DNA of 64,000 bases from Armatimonadota bacterium (GTDB lineage: Bacteria > Armatimonadota > SYMT01): NCBI GenBank assembly GCA_041690135.1, contig JAWLHY010000008.1:32001-96000 (forward strand). Reading direction: 5' to 3'. A program made the translations under genes and the position numbers. Shown here in pieces: positions 28,216-38,885 of the stretch. A model generated the notes under the pieces. The model ran no database searches and had not been told where the DNA came from. It saw only the letters and a program-made list of their open reading frames with translations. Numbering within the stretch: position 1 is the stretch's first letter; every line of letters begins with the position of its first letter.

Positions 28216-29505
28216 ATGAGAGGCATTGCTCGGCACTCCCATCGAACTCTCCGGTTCAGCATTGCGGCGTTTTGCCTGGTGCTGGTCATCTGCGCAAGCC
28301 TGGCGTGGGCCTGGATCGAATATGTTCCCCCCGCCTCCGGTAGGCCGCGGTATGTCTCTGCTTCCCCTGCCTACGCGGAAGCTCTTACGTTGATGCGGGA
28401 CATCTACCGGCTGCCGAAGCCTCCGCACCCCCAATTCCCTCCCGGTTCCACGGCACCTCTCAAGGAGACCCGCGCCAGGTGGCAGGGACTCCTGAAACGG
28501 ATCCATGCTCTCCACAATGGCGATTGGCGGGCTCACCGCAGTTGGGCCTTTGACGACCTCAAATCCGCCGGAGCGGAACAGGGTAGTTGGATCCTGGGGT
28601 ACTCCCAGGTAGTGGCTGTCGAATGCGAATTGCTCCGAAAGGAGAGCCGCAACCAGGAAGCGCTGGGACTTGCCCTGGACGGGCTGACCACTCATTCCAA
28701 ACTGGCGCATGGCGCCAACCTGGTTCACCGCATATTTGCAATCCACGCTCACCGCATCATTTTCAAACAGGTGGAGCAGCTGCTTTCGTCGCACGTTCGT
28801 GTGGACTGGCGGCAAGCGCTACTCCGATCGCGCGCTATTGCCCGAAGCTGGCCGGCGGTTGCCGAGGCCGAGGGGCTGGATGGCACACCTGCCTGGGACT
28901 TCACTCGGACCGTTTTGGAGGACTTCCGCCGCCAATCGTTGCCTGAGCGCATCCGTAGTCTCCGGGATCTGGGAGTTACCCGTCCCGGAGAGGTCCTCCG
29001 AGCCCTGGTTACGCCCCGCTCGGTGTCGCTCGCTGCGTTGGCTGACTACGAGCGGGAACGCGTAACGCAATTGCGCCGCCCGTTCTCCCTGCGGCAAGAT
29101 CTCCCGCCCCCTGCAGATCCGTGGGTCCTCTCCGGCGGATCGGACGTTTCGCTGTTCACGGTGACCCATTCAGAACTGCAGACCACGGATCTTGCTTTGC
29201 TCGAGGTGGTCCTGGCCGCACTTGTGTTCCAGGAGCGGGCCGGACGGGTTCCGGACTCACTGACGGAGATGGCGCCGGATCTTGTCCCCGAAGTACCGTT
29301 GGACCAATGGGATGCACCGGTGCAGTATCGACTCAAGGCCGGGGAGCCTCTCGTCTACAGCCTGGGCCCCGATGGGGACGACGATGGCGGTCGTCCGATC
29401 TCTGCATCGGAAGCGCGCGAGCCCGGAGCCGACGGAGATCGGGTGTTTGGCCACCTGGTCCGAGCCCGTCCCCTAACTCCACCGAAGACAAAAGGGGAAT
29501 TTTAA
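28216..29505 (+). CDS. hypothetical membrane-anchored protein with T2SS pseudopilin GspG-like C-terminal motif
   Basis: N-terminal TM; C-terminal GRVPDSL..VPLDQW..QY...VYSLGPDGDDDGG. Confidence 0.65.
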   Translation: MRGIARHSHRTLRFSIAAFCLVLVICASLAWAWIEYVPPASGRPRYVSASPAYAEALTLMRDIYRLPKPPHPQFPPGSTAPLKETRARWQGLLKRIHALHNGDWRAHRSWAFDDLKSAGAEQGSWILGYSQVVAVECELLRKESRNQEALGLALDGLTTHSKLAHGANLVHRIFAIHAHRIIFKQVEQLLSSHVRVDWRQALLRSRAIARSWPAVAEAEGLDGTPAWDFTRTVLEDFRRQSLPERIRSLRDLGVTRPGEVLRALVTPRSVSLAALADYERERVTQLRRPFSLRQDLPPPADPWVLSGGSDVSLFTVTHSELQTTDLALLEVVLAALVFQERAGRVPDSLTEMAPDLVPEVPLDQWDAPVQYRLKAGEPLVYSLGPDGDDDGGRPISASEAREPGADGDRVFGHLVRARPLTPPKTKGEF

Positions 29506-29990
29506 GAAGCAGCAAACGCCTCCCGGAATTGCGCTACCTTGGCGATGTATGCGACTACCCGACGGCTGAAGGGGAACACTGTGCATACCACCGGCGAAGA
29601 GGTGGACAGCGCATAGAGGCCATGAAAGAAACGGGTCTTGCATTGCACGAGGCGATTCCCAGGGCCGACAGGCGGGCCTGGGAATCGCCTCGGGTGCGTG
29701 CGGAAAGTGGATGGAACCGGTCAGTCCGGTGCCAGCGCCGGAGGCAGTTTCATAATGCATAGGCTATCGTGAGCCTGAGTTGAGTATCTTCCGTCAGCTT
29801 CCGGTTGACGGAGGTAGGTGCCTGCTTAACCCGCTGGATTGCTCTCACTGATAGCTCTTCCGCAGGACATCGAAAGCTTCGATGTGACCGATAGGTTCGG
29901 GATGCGTAGGTAGATATAGGCGGTGATGTGCCGCATGTTCCCCTCGCCACTCCTCCGACGGAACCTACTCCGGGAAACAGGAAGATCTGG

Positions 29991-30653
29991 ATGTCAGAGA
30001 CGCGCCCTCGCTGGGGCATGATCCTCGATGTGGAACGCTGCACCGGCTGCCATGCGTGCTCGGTGGCGTGCAAGGTGGAGAACGAAGTCCCCCTCGGCAA
30101 CTTTCGCACCAAAGTCTACTACCACGACCGAGGCCGCTTCCCCCGCGTGCAGCGGGATTTCCTCCCGGTGGTTTGCATGCAGTGCGCGGATGCACCGTGC
30201 ATGCAGGCATGCCCCACCGGGTCGATCGTCCGCCTGGAGAACGGCATCGTCCACATCAACCAGGAGTCCTGCCGTGGGTTCGGAAAGTGCGAGGACTCCT
30301 GCCCTTATGGCGCCGTTTACGTGGACCCGCAGCGGAACATCGCGGACAAGTGCAACTTCTGCGAGCACCGGCTGGAAGTGGGGATGGAACCGGCCTGCGT
30401 GGAGACCTGCCCGGGCGAGGTGTTCATCTTCGGGGATCTGAATGATCCGCAGAGTCGCATCTCCCGGTATGCGGCGGATCATGGGCAAGAACTGAAGGTC
30501 CTGAAGCCGGAGAAGAAGACCGCTCCACAAGTGCGTTATCGCGGCCATCGCCGGGAGATGGAACGGAAGATCCCCGAGGGCCGCAACCACGATCCCCGCT
30601 CTTACGAGATCGAGACCTGGGCCTCGCTCCAGGCGACCTTCGACCCGGAATAG
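29991..30653 (+). CDS. 4Fe-4S dicluster electron-transfer subunit (DmsB/NrfC/PsrB family)
   Basis: CTGCHACSVAC, CMQCADAPCMQACP, CRGFGKCEDSCP (one Cys replaced) and KCNFC..PACVETCP. Confidence 0.92.
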   Translation: MSETRPRWGMILDVERCTGCHACSVACKVENEVPLGNFRTKVYYHDRGRFPRVQRDFLPVVCMQCADAPCMQACPTGSIVRLENGIVHINQESCRGFGKCEDSCPYGAVYVDPQRNIADKCNFCEHRLEVGMEPACVETCPGEVFIFGDLNDPQSRISRYAADHGQELKVLKPEKKTAPQVRYRGHRREMERKIPEGRNHDPRSYEIETWASLQATFDPE

Positions 30654-30720
30654 GGGCGGCTCTCTCCGCCCGCATACCCCGACCCTGACCCGCTTCTCCC
30701 CAGGAATTGCCCCTCCCACC

Positions 30721-33326
30721 ATGGACCGACGCGACTTCATCAAGACCGGTATCGGCGCGCTTGCCACGCTGGGCGTGGGTGAGCTCATCCGGCTTTCCTC
30801 CGGCGACATCGCCCACGCCGACGTTCCCACGCCCGCGGCCCGGCGCCGTCCCGGCGAGAAGGGCGTGCGGAAGATCCCCCACGACTACCGCCGAGCGCAG
30901 CAGGTCCCGAGTGTCTGCCTGAACTGCTCGACCGTGTGCGGCATCGTCGGCTACGTCATCGACGGCGAGTTGGTGAAAGTCGGCGGCAATCCTGAAGACC
31001 CCAACAACGGGAAGACCCTGTGCGCCAAGGGGCAATCCGGCCCCACGATCCACGGCTATCCGGACCGGATCCTTTATCCCCTCAAGCGGGTGGGGAAGCG
31101 CGGCGAAGGGCTCTGGAAACGGATCACCTGGGAAGAGGCCTACGCGGTGATTGCCGGGCGGATCCGGAAGTGCCTGAACGAGGGGCACCCGGAGCAGGTG
31201 GCGATCCACTACGGCCGCTCCCGCATCAGTGACGTGGTAGACCGCTTCCAAAGCGCCATCGGCTCCCCCGTGGTGCTGAACCACCGGGCCCTGTGCTCTT
31301 TGAACAAGCGTGCCGCCAACTACTCCTGTATCGGGGACACGGACTGGGAGACGGTGGATGCGGAGCATTCCCGCTACCTGCTGAACTTCGGCTCCAACTT
31401 CTACGAGGCGCACCAGGGCTCCATCCACTTCCTCCGGCGGGTGATCCGCGGTCGCTTCGACAACGGCGCCAAACTGGTGACGTTCGACGTCCGGCTCTCC
31501 AACACGGCCGGGCGCAGCGATGAGTGGTTCGCCCCGTTTCCGGGAACGGAGGGAGCCGTGGCGCTGGCCATGGCCCACACCATGATGAAGGCGGGCGAAT
31601 ACGATCGGGAGTTCATCGAGAACTGGACCAACGTCACTCCGGAGGCGCTCTGGGAGTTCCTGAAGCCGTACACCCCCGAATGGGCGGAGAAACTTTCCGG
31701 GCTCCGCGCGCGGGACCTGCGCCGGGTGGCCCTGGAGTTTGCCCGCGCCCGACCCCACTGCGCCGCTTGGTCCAATCGGGGGAGCCACGCTCATTACAAC
31801 GGGCTGAACAACGACCGGGCCGTGGTGCTGCTCAATGCCCTGGCGGGAAGCATCGGCCAGGTGGGCGGTTACTGCTACGGGGAAGCTGAGCGGGTCGATC
31901 CGGTGAAGTTTCCCCGCCGAGCCCGCTGCCTCCGAAGCCGAAAATCCGCACGGACCTGGAAGACCCGCCGGAATGGCCGATCGCGAACCTCTGGCAGAAG
32001 ATGCGCGTGGGTCAGATCGTGTACGACTACATCAAGCAGCGGCGGGCATTGGTGCAGGTGTACCTCACCTACACCCTGGCCGCACCGCAGACCTGGCCGG
32101 AGGGCGGGAGCCTCACCCGCGAGGTGCTGCTAGACGAGGAGTTGATCCCGTTCCACGCCTGCTCGGACATCGTCTACTCCGAGATGGCGCATCACGCCGA
32201 CCTCATCCTGCCGGATGCCGCGTACACGGAGCGGTGGGGACTAGACACCCGCAACAACTACGAACTGCGGCCATATATTACCCTGCGCCAGCCTCTCGTC
32301 ACCCCGCCGGGTGAGTGCGTGAGCTTCGCGGACGTGCTGATCCAACTAGGGAAACGGCTGGGACCGGAAGTCGCGCGGTACTTCGACTTCAAGGACCACC
32401 AAGCGTACGTCGCGCACCAGTGCAAGAACATCCCGCCCGGCGACGCCGCCAGCGGGTTCGACTACATGAAGAAACACGGGGTGTGGACGGACCTGAGCCA
32501 GCCCCAGACCTACCGGTTGTTCGCGCGGCCGCTCACCCCGGAGCAACTGCGCGATGCCGTCCCCACCTCCGTGGGGACGGGGGAGAAGGCGGGAGAACTC
32601 TTCTACCGGGTCGATCCGGGCACCGGGCGGCGGGAGCCGGTGGGGGTGAAGGTGGACGGCGTCGTCTGCCGCGGCTTCAAGACGCCTTCCCGCAAGTTCG
32701 AGATCCACAGTCCGACCATCGCCGAGCAGTCCCGGAAAGTCGGCGTGGAGGACGACGGCTGGCCGCGTTATATCCCGGTACCCTCCCACGAGAACCTGCC
32801 CGAGGACCGGTTCATCCTCACCACCTTCAAGTGGAACGTCCACACGCAGGGTCGCACCGCTCCTCAAAAGTACCTCACCGAGATCGTCCATCACAATCCG
32901 ATGTGGATTCATTCCCGCACGGCGAAGAAGTTGGGCATCGAGACGGGGGACTGGGTGGAAGTGACCACCTACCGGCCGAAGGGGAACACTGTGCATGCCA
33001 CCGGCGAGAAACTGGGCAGTACGCGGGTGCAGGCGTTTGTTACGGAGGGGATTCACCCGAGGGTCCTGGCGGTGAGCAATAGCCTGGGATGGGAACGCGG
33101 CGGTCGGGCTGCCAGCGCGGACCGTGCACCGCGCCCCACCGGCCCGGGATATGACCCGGCGGTGCTCCCGGAAGACCCGGACCTCTCCCAAAACCTCTGG
33201 TGGGACGCCCAGGAGCGCGGATCCGGGGCGGGGTTCAATGTGAATGGTATTCTGCCGATCCAACCGGCGCCGGTGACCGGAATGCAGGCCTGGTTCGATA
33301 CCGTGTGTTCGATTCGCAAGGTGTGA
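30721..33326 (+). CDS. TAT-exported Mo-bisPGD oxidoreductase catalytic subunit (Psr/Phs/Arr/Ttr-like), split by a 1-nt frameshift near 31912
   Basis: MDRRDFIK, CLNCSTVC..LCAKG, RILYPLKR, NHRALC, ADLILPD..ERW, FKTPSRKFE; C-terminal dinucleotide-binding domain lies in the second frame. Confidence 0.88.
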
Positions 33327-33610
33327 TCCCTGGCGGCGGGAAACCGGTTGAAAGTTGGCAGGTTGAAGGTTGAAGGTTAAGGCCGCCCTCAGGGGCCAGG
33401 GGTTGAAGGACCCGTGGCGGCTGGGGTTTGCGATCCGGAGGACAGGACCGGTGCGGTTTGGTGCTGCCCACATCTGCGTTGCAGCCCCTCGGGGTTTGTG
33501 GATGGTAGGTGCCAGATGTGACGGGCGGCGGGAGGTTGAGCCGCGGTAGGAAACTGTGCCTGGGAATGTCAAGGCCCTGCACGCGCTTTTTTATGTCAAG
33601 GAAGCGGGCG

Positions 33611-35176
33611 TTGAAGAGGAAGGGAAACGGGAGTCGGGCGGGCCGGGGAGTGAGCCTGGTTTGGATTGCGGCCCTGGGAATCGCCGCCGGCGCGCGGGCA
33701 GAAACGTTGGAGCCGGAGATCCCGGCAATGCCGCAGTTAGTTTCAGAGAAGGTCGAGGCGGACGTTGCGCGGGAAGGCTCGTCCGCCGACGCCGGAGCCC
33801 CGGGGGAGGCCGCCGTTCCTAGGGCATTGCCTGTTGCCGATGGTGCGGACAGCGCCGCCCCGCCGGACGTGGAGCGGCGGCTGCGCGAACTGGAGGAGAC
33901 GGTCCGCAGGCAGGACGAGATTATCCGGCGCCTGGAGGAGACCGTGGAGGCGCTCCGCAAGCCGGCCACCCTGCCGGCACCGCCCGTAGTTGCTCCCCCA
34001 ACGGCATCACCGGAGAACGTCGCCAAGCCGCCCACGCCGCCTACTTCGGCTCCCGCGAGTGCGAACAATGCCCTCCGCCTGCGCCTGCGCGGGTTTCTGC
34101 AGACCGATGCCCGTTTCTTCCCAGCCGAGGGTGGCCGCACGGGTGTCGACTCGTTCCTCCTGCGGCGAGTGCGACCCGCGATCTCCGGAAGCGTAGGCCA
34201 GTATGCCGACTTCACGATCGTGCCGATTTTTGACGAGGGGAGAGCGGGCCTGATCGATGCCTTCGTGGACGTGCGCCAGGCGCCGCAGTTGCAGTTCCGG
34301 TTCGGGCTGTTCAAAACGCCGTTCAGCCTGGAGCGGCTCCAGTCCGGCGCGGACCTGCAGTTCGTCGAGCGCTCCCTCGCGCAGAACCTCGCCCCGAACC
34401 GGGATACGGGGTTTATGGTCCACGGGGACACGTTGAAGGGCCGGATGAGCTACGCCGCCTCGGTGCTGACCGGCGCGCCCGATGCCGCGAACGTGTACGG
34501 GGATGCGGGCCGTGGCAAGGACTTCGCCGGCCGGATCTTTGCGCGTCCCTTCGCGAGGGAGAAGGGCACCTTCTTCCAGGGCCTGGGCCTGGGCCTGGCG
34601 GCGACTTACGGCTCGCGAGATGAGGCGTTCCAAAGCACGTTCCGGACGGCGGCCCGCGAGCCGTTCTTCCGCTATCGATCCGGGACTGCCTACGCCGGGG
34701 ACGTGGTGCGGCTGGCGCCCCAGTTCTACCACTACTACCGCCAGTTCGGCATGATGGGGGAAGCCTACCTGACACGAGAGACGCTCCGGAGGGCGGGTGT
34801 GGTCGCCCCGGTGGCGAACCATGGCTGGTTTCTCCAGGGGTCGTACGTGTTGACGGGGGAGGACGCCACCTTCCGCAGCGTGGTGCCCGAACAGCCCTTC
34901 GATCCGAGCCGCGGCCAGTGGGGCGCCTTTGAGTTGGCGCTCCGGTACTCCCGGTTCCAGGCGGACCGTGAGGTATTCACCCGCGGGTTCGCCGACCCGA
35001 CCCAGGCGGCCCGGACCGCCAATGCATGGACGTTTGGTCTGAACTGGTATCTGAACAGCGCCCTGAAGTTCCAGTTGAACTACGAGCGGACGGACTTCAA
35101 CGGACCGCTGGCGTTCGGCTCCGCGTTTCGCGACCGGGAAGACGTGATCCTTACGCGGTTTCAGTTGGTGTATTAG
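33611..35176 (+). CDS. OprO/OprP-like oxyanion-selective porin (start uncertain)
   Basis: coiled-coil N-terminus; FLLRRVRP, FKTPFSLERLQS, FVERSL, GAFELALRYS, GLNWYLN and terminal RFQLVY. Confidence 0.85.
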   Translation: MKRKGNGSRAGRGVSLVWIAALGIAAGARAETLEPEIPAMPQLVSEKVEADVAREGSSADAGAPGEAAVPRALPVADGADSAAPPDVERRLRELEETVRRQDEIIRRLEETVEALRKPATLPAPPVVAPPTASPENVAKPPTPPTSAPASANNALRLRLRGFLQTDARFFPAEGGRTGVDSFLLRRVRPAISGSVGQYADFTIVPIFDEGRAGLIDAFVDVRQAPQLQFRFGLFKTPFSLERLQSGADLQFVERSLAQNLAPNRDTGFMVHGDTLKGRMSYAASVLTGAPDAANVYGDAGRGKDFAGRIFARPFAREKGTFFQGLGLGLAATYGSRDEAFQSTFRTAAREPFFRYRSGTAYAGDVVRLAPQFYHYYRQFGMMGEAYLTRETLRRAGVVAPVANHGWFLQGSYVLTGEDATFRSVVPEQPFDPSRGQWGAFELALRYSRFQADREVFTRGFADPTQAARTANAWTFGLNWYLNSALKFQLNYERTDFNGPLAFGSAFRDREDVILTRFQLVY

Positions 35177-35228
35177 GGCTCAAGCGGGCGCCCTGTGGTT
35201 CGAGGTTTTGCCCGAACTCGCACCGGGC

Positions 35229-36029
35229 TCACCTGGCTGTTTGAACGGTGTCCCAGCCGAGGACGCGTTCGATCTCGCGGCGCCAGACCCGGTAGGCGGC
35301 ATCGTTCAGGTGGAGGCCGTCCGCGGTGTATCCCGCCTTGAGCTCCCCCTGCTCGTCCACGAAGAGCGGGTGGAGGTTCAGGAACGGGTAACCGAACTCG
35401 GCGGCGAGCTTCTCCAGGCGGCGGTTGAACTCCCGGACGGGGGCGTTCTGCCGGGCGTGTGCTCCGCGAGTGGGCAGGACCGACTGCACATGGACCCGGA
35501 TAGAAGGGGAATGCATCTTGATCTTACGCAGGATCTCCCGGTAGCCCGTCTCCATCGCCTCCACCGAGTGGCCGCTGTTCAGGTCGTTGATCCCGATCAG
35601 CAAGAAGACGTCGCCGGCCGCGCAGTCGAACACCGAGGCGTCCAGCCTCCGCAGCACGCCGCGCGGATCGTCCGCGGGCAGGCCGTTGCCGATAACGTCG
35701 CCGCCAATACCCCGGTTGAGCACGCGCCGGCCGGGGAAGAAGCGCGCCACCTCGAACCCCTCCGTAATGCTGTCGCCCACCAGCACCACGTTGCGGTAAG
35801 CCAGGTTCTGCTCCCGGAAGGCGCGGACCCGGTTCTCGTAGTGGAACTTGAAGAGGGCGCGCAGGTCGACGGGCGGGTCCTTCTTCTCTTTGGCCCCGGC
35901 GTTGGGCGGGGCGGGAGCGGGCTTGTTTTCCGCGCCGGCGCCGGAGCACGCGAAAATGGCCAGGGCCACTGCCAGCGGGAGGTGCCGGAGGACCCTTCTG
36001 GTTTGGAAGTGTTGTGCCGGTTGCTTCAT
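35229..36029 (-). CDS. SGNH/GDSL-type hydrolase
   Basis: VGDSITE, NRGIGGD, IGINDL and DGLHL blocks. Confidence 0.9.
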   Translation of the reverse strand: MKQPAQHFQTRRVLRHLPLAVALAIFACSGAGAENKPAPAPPNAGAKEKKDPPVDLRALFKFHYENRVRAFREQNLAYRNVVLVGDSITEGFEVARFFPGRRVLNRGIGGDVIGNGLPADDPRGVLRRLDASVFDCAAGDVFLLIGINDLNSGHSVEAMETGYREILRKIKMHSPSIRVHVQSVLPTRGAHARQNAPVREFNRRLEKLAAEFGYPFLNLHPLFVDEQGELKAGYTADGLHLNDAAYRVWRREIERVLGWDTVQTAR

Positions 36030-36294
36030 CCCCTTTTTGGCTCCTTCCTCATTGCCAAAGTGCGAGTCCGCACCCGGCGTGTTTGCGCGGTTAAGTATGC
36101 GTCACCCGGGAAGCATTGTTGAATGAGAAAATGGACGGGCCGTCACAACCGCTCCGACCCTAAACGGCCGGGCTGTGGAAAAGCACGGTCCCCGCCTGCG
36201 CGGGCACCCCCGTAAGTCAGAGCCAGTACGGGTTTCCCGAGGCAGCATTAGGTCTGGTTGGACCAGTGGAAGGTTGAGGGCGCGAGGACACGTA

Positions 36295-36673
36295 ATGAAC
36301 GATACCTTCAAGAACGGGTATGCGCGACCGGTTTTCTTTGTGTCCGATGGTGAAGCGGCACTGCGCTTCTACCTCCGGCTGGGCTTCGAGGAGGCGTGGC
36401 GTTATAAGGGGAACGGTCGGCTGGTGGCAGTGCAGGTGAACCGGAACCTTGTGGAGTTGATCCTGAATGAGAACCGGGAGCGGGCGGGAGGGGGACGACT
36501 GTTCCAGTCGCTGGACCGTGGCGGAGTCGCCCGGTGCGTCGCCTCCTTCGCCGCGGCCGGTATCGAGGTCCGGGATGGTCGCTGGGGGATGCCGGGTAAG
36601 GTGATCGCCGATCCGGACGGAAACGAGCTAATTTTTTGTGGACGACGGCCCGATCGACGGTTTTGTGGCCTGA
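36295..36673 (+). CDS. VOC/glyoxalase family protein, possibly frameshifted at the T-run near 36632
   Basis: YARPVFFVSD..ALRFY..LGF and WG..VIADPDGNELIF; a 1-nt shift gives a normal-length end at TGA 36671, otherwise the ORF runs to 36954. Confidence 0.65.
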
Positions 36674-36935
36674 GGTTCGCGCCCTCGCCATTGCAGCCCG
36701 GCGAGCTATTCCCGGCCGTCAGGACGAGTGGGGATCGCGTTCTTCCGCGAGAACGTCTCCGCTGCGCCGTGCAAGTGCTTGACACTCGTGGGAGAGAAAG
36801 TGAGACGGCACCCGGCACAAGCCGGTCGGGAGCGGCTTGTACACCAAGCTGGGCGAGCCGAGGTATTGTTCTGCGCGACGGTAAACTCACCTGGTGGGCC
36901 AGGGTGAAAATCGGTGGTGGAGGAGCAGGTGAATC

Positions 36936-37604
36936 ATGGCACGGCTGCAGTTGAGCGATCTGGCGTTGGAAGTCGAGTACGTCCGTTTTGAAGATGGATG
37001 GGTGGTTTACGACATACGCTGGCTCTGGCAGGACGAACCCATCTTGAACGATGCCATTCTGAAGCGCCACAACGAGTTCTGGGGGTCACGGAGCCGAGGC
37101 GGGATCCACGCGAATGAGCACCGGGGAGACTTCGTTCTTCCAATCCTTAAGCAAGCCCTAGAGAGTGATGAGCCGGTATCCTGGAACACTACCGATCCGG
37201 ACGTACTGCTGATGATCTATCCGCACTGGCTCTACCCGCTTCCCAAGCCGGCCGGCCTCGCCTCGATTGACTGGGAGCTAGGGGACACCGAACTCCCTAA
37301 GGGAACTTGGGCGGCGGATCACCTCTGGGCGGAAAGAGAGCAACGCCGGAAGGCCCGGTCCGTCGCAGGTAAACTGCCAGACGATCTCTTTTACCTGGTG
37401 CTCTTCGTGGATGTCTACAACTTTAAACAATGCTATGCCTATGAGGGCAACGGGGTAGCACTCCACGCACGCGTACAGCGTTGGCAGTTGGAAGAGTTCT
37501 ACCAATGCCTTAAGGGTGAATACCTGACATTCAAGCAGCGCTGGAAAGTCGATGAATTCAATCGAGAGCAACTGGGGGAAGACTGGATCGGGGGCGAACT
37601 CTAG
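36936..37604 (+). CDS. hypothetical protein
   Basis: 222-aa ORF with GGAG/AGGT upstream and protein-like composition; no family recognised. Confidence 0.7.
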   Translation: MARLQLSDLALEVEYVRFEDGWVVYDIRWLWQDEPILNDAILKRHNEFWGSRSRGGIHANEHRGDFVLPILKQALESDEPVSWNTTDPDVLLMIYPHWLYPLPKPAGLASIDWELGDTELPKGTWAADHLWAEREQRRKARSVAGKLPDDLFYLVLFVDVYNFKQCYAYEGNGVALHARVQRWQLEEFYQCLKGEYLTFKQRWKVDEFNREQLGEDWIGGEL

Positions 37605-37662
37605 GGGTCCCTGTATCTACGCACGTTGAGCGCCTGGAAGCGCGCACTCCACCGATCATCCG

Positions 37663-37691
37663 TTGACGCTTCCTCACCAGGGTGCTAGAAT
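37663..37691 (+). promoter_or_regulatory. sigma70 promoter of tRNA-Gly
   Basis: TTGACG-17 nt-TAGAAT with an extended TG, ending 11 nt before the tRNA. Confidence 0.8.
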
Positions 37692-37702
37692 ACACGTACC
37701 AC

Positions 37703-37774
37703 GCGGGAGTAGTTCAGTGGTAGAACGTCAGCTTCCCAAGCTGAATGTCGTGGGTTCGAGTCCCATCTCCCGCT
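37703..37774 (+). tRNA. tRNA-Gly (anticodon CCC)
   Basis: acceptor GCGGGAG/CTCCCGC, D arm GTTC/GAAC, anticodon arm TCAGC-TTCCCAA-GCTGA, T arm GTGGG-TTCGAGT-CCCAT; CCA not encoded. Confidence 0.97.
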
Positions 37775-37789
37775 TCCCAGCATCCTCTG

Positions 37790-37826
37790 ATCGCAGCAAG
37801 AACCTGGTTCTCGCTGCGATTTTTGT
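37790..37826 (+). terminator. Rho-independent terminator after tRNA-Gly
   Basis: atcgcagcaagaac / gttctcgctgcgat hairpin followed by ttttgt. Confidence 0.75.
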
Positions 37827-37857
37827 GTTCTGCGGCCCCAGTCCGCTGGCACGACGG

Positions 37858-38265
37858 TCACGTCCGCGGCGGGCAGAGAAGCAAGCGAATCCGGACCGTC
37901 GTAACTTCGCCGACCTGGCTTTCGAGGGTCATCCGGTCCCCGCGGGCCGCGATGATGCTCCGGCAGATCGCCAGGCCCAGGCCGGTGCCTCCCGTGCCGC
38001 CCGTGGAGGAGGTTCGAGCGCCATCGACCCGGTAGAGCCGCTCGCCGCGGTGGGGCAGGTGCTCCGGCGCGATGCCTTCGCCGGTATCCGTCACCGTGAC
38101 GGTAGCGTTACTTGCTTCGACCTCCGCGGAGACTGTGACGGTCCCCGCGGGAGGCGTGTGGCGGGCCGCGTTCTCCAGCAGGTTGGTGTACAGGCGGGTC
38201 AGCTCCGAGCCGCTGCCCGGTACCCCCAGGATGGGGGCCAGCATGGTCAGGTTCCACAGCGTCAT
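37858..38265 (-). pseudogene. histidine kinase C-terminal HATPase fragment
   Basis: NLLENAARHT, DTGEGI and GTGLGLAI boxes, but no HisKA or sensor part; F box degenerate. Confidence 0.8.
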
Positions 38266-38312
38266 CCGCAGCCGGACCGTACCCCACTGGGGGAGATGGC
38301 GACCGAATCAAG

Positions 38313-38885
38313 CTAACTAGCCTGATGGCTCTTTCTGGGCACGTACCGCATCGCTACCGCCCCTGAGGCGAACTCCAGCCGGCCCACGAGCTTTAAGTCG
38401 ACATACGTCGATAGCCCCGCGAACAAGGTCGGGCCGTGACCCGCCAGCCGGGGGTGCACCACGAACTCGTACTCGTCGATCAATCCCAGCTCTGCCAACG
38501 CCAGCGGGAGCTTTACGCCTCCCACGAAAACTCCCTTACCCGGCTCCCCCTTGAGCTGTTGAACGGCCGTCCTTAGATCCCCGCGCACGAGCTCCGCGTT
38601 CCAATCGACCTGGTCCAGGGTGCTCGACACGACGTATTTCTTTGCTGCATCGATCGTCCGGGCGAAGGGTTCCATCCAATCGACCATCCAATCAGGCTTC
38701 GCTCCCGTCGCCGACGGCCGCCACGCTGCCTCCATCATTTCGTAGGTCACCCGGCCGAAGAGGAGGGCATCGGCCTGCGCGAGGTTCTCGGCCCAGTGGC
38801 GATGCAAGTCTTCATCCGTCGAACCTGCCCGATGATCGCAGCACCCATCCAAGGTTATGTTTATTGCATAGCGTAGGGGTCGCAT
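38313..38885 (-). CDS. dihydrofolate reductase / RibD C-terminal family protein
   Basis: INITLDG, LLFGRVTYE, KYVVSSTL and GLIDEY..VHP..GHG motifs. Confidence 0.9.
   Translation of the reverse strand: MRPLRYAINITLDGCCDHRAGSTDEDLHRHWAENLAQADALLFGRVTYEMMEAAWRPSATGAKPDWMVDWMEPFARTIDAAKKYVVSSTLDQVDWNAELVRGDLRTAVQQLKGEPGKGVFVGGVKLPLALAELGLIDEYEFVVHPRLAGHGPTLFAGLSTYVDLKLVGRLEFASGAVAMRYVPRKSHQAS

Noticed and set aside
29506-29990. Moco riboswitch upstream of the molybdoenzyme operon
   Set aside because: hairpins are present, but I could not match the conserved motif by eye; needs an Rfam scan
12667-33326. further selenoproteins among the redox genes (peroxiredoxin, both Mo enzymes, FeS subunit)
   Set aside because: their catalytic or ligand positions are ordinary Cys codons, with no in-frame TGA seen
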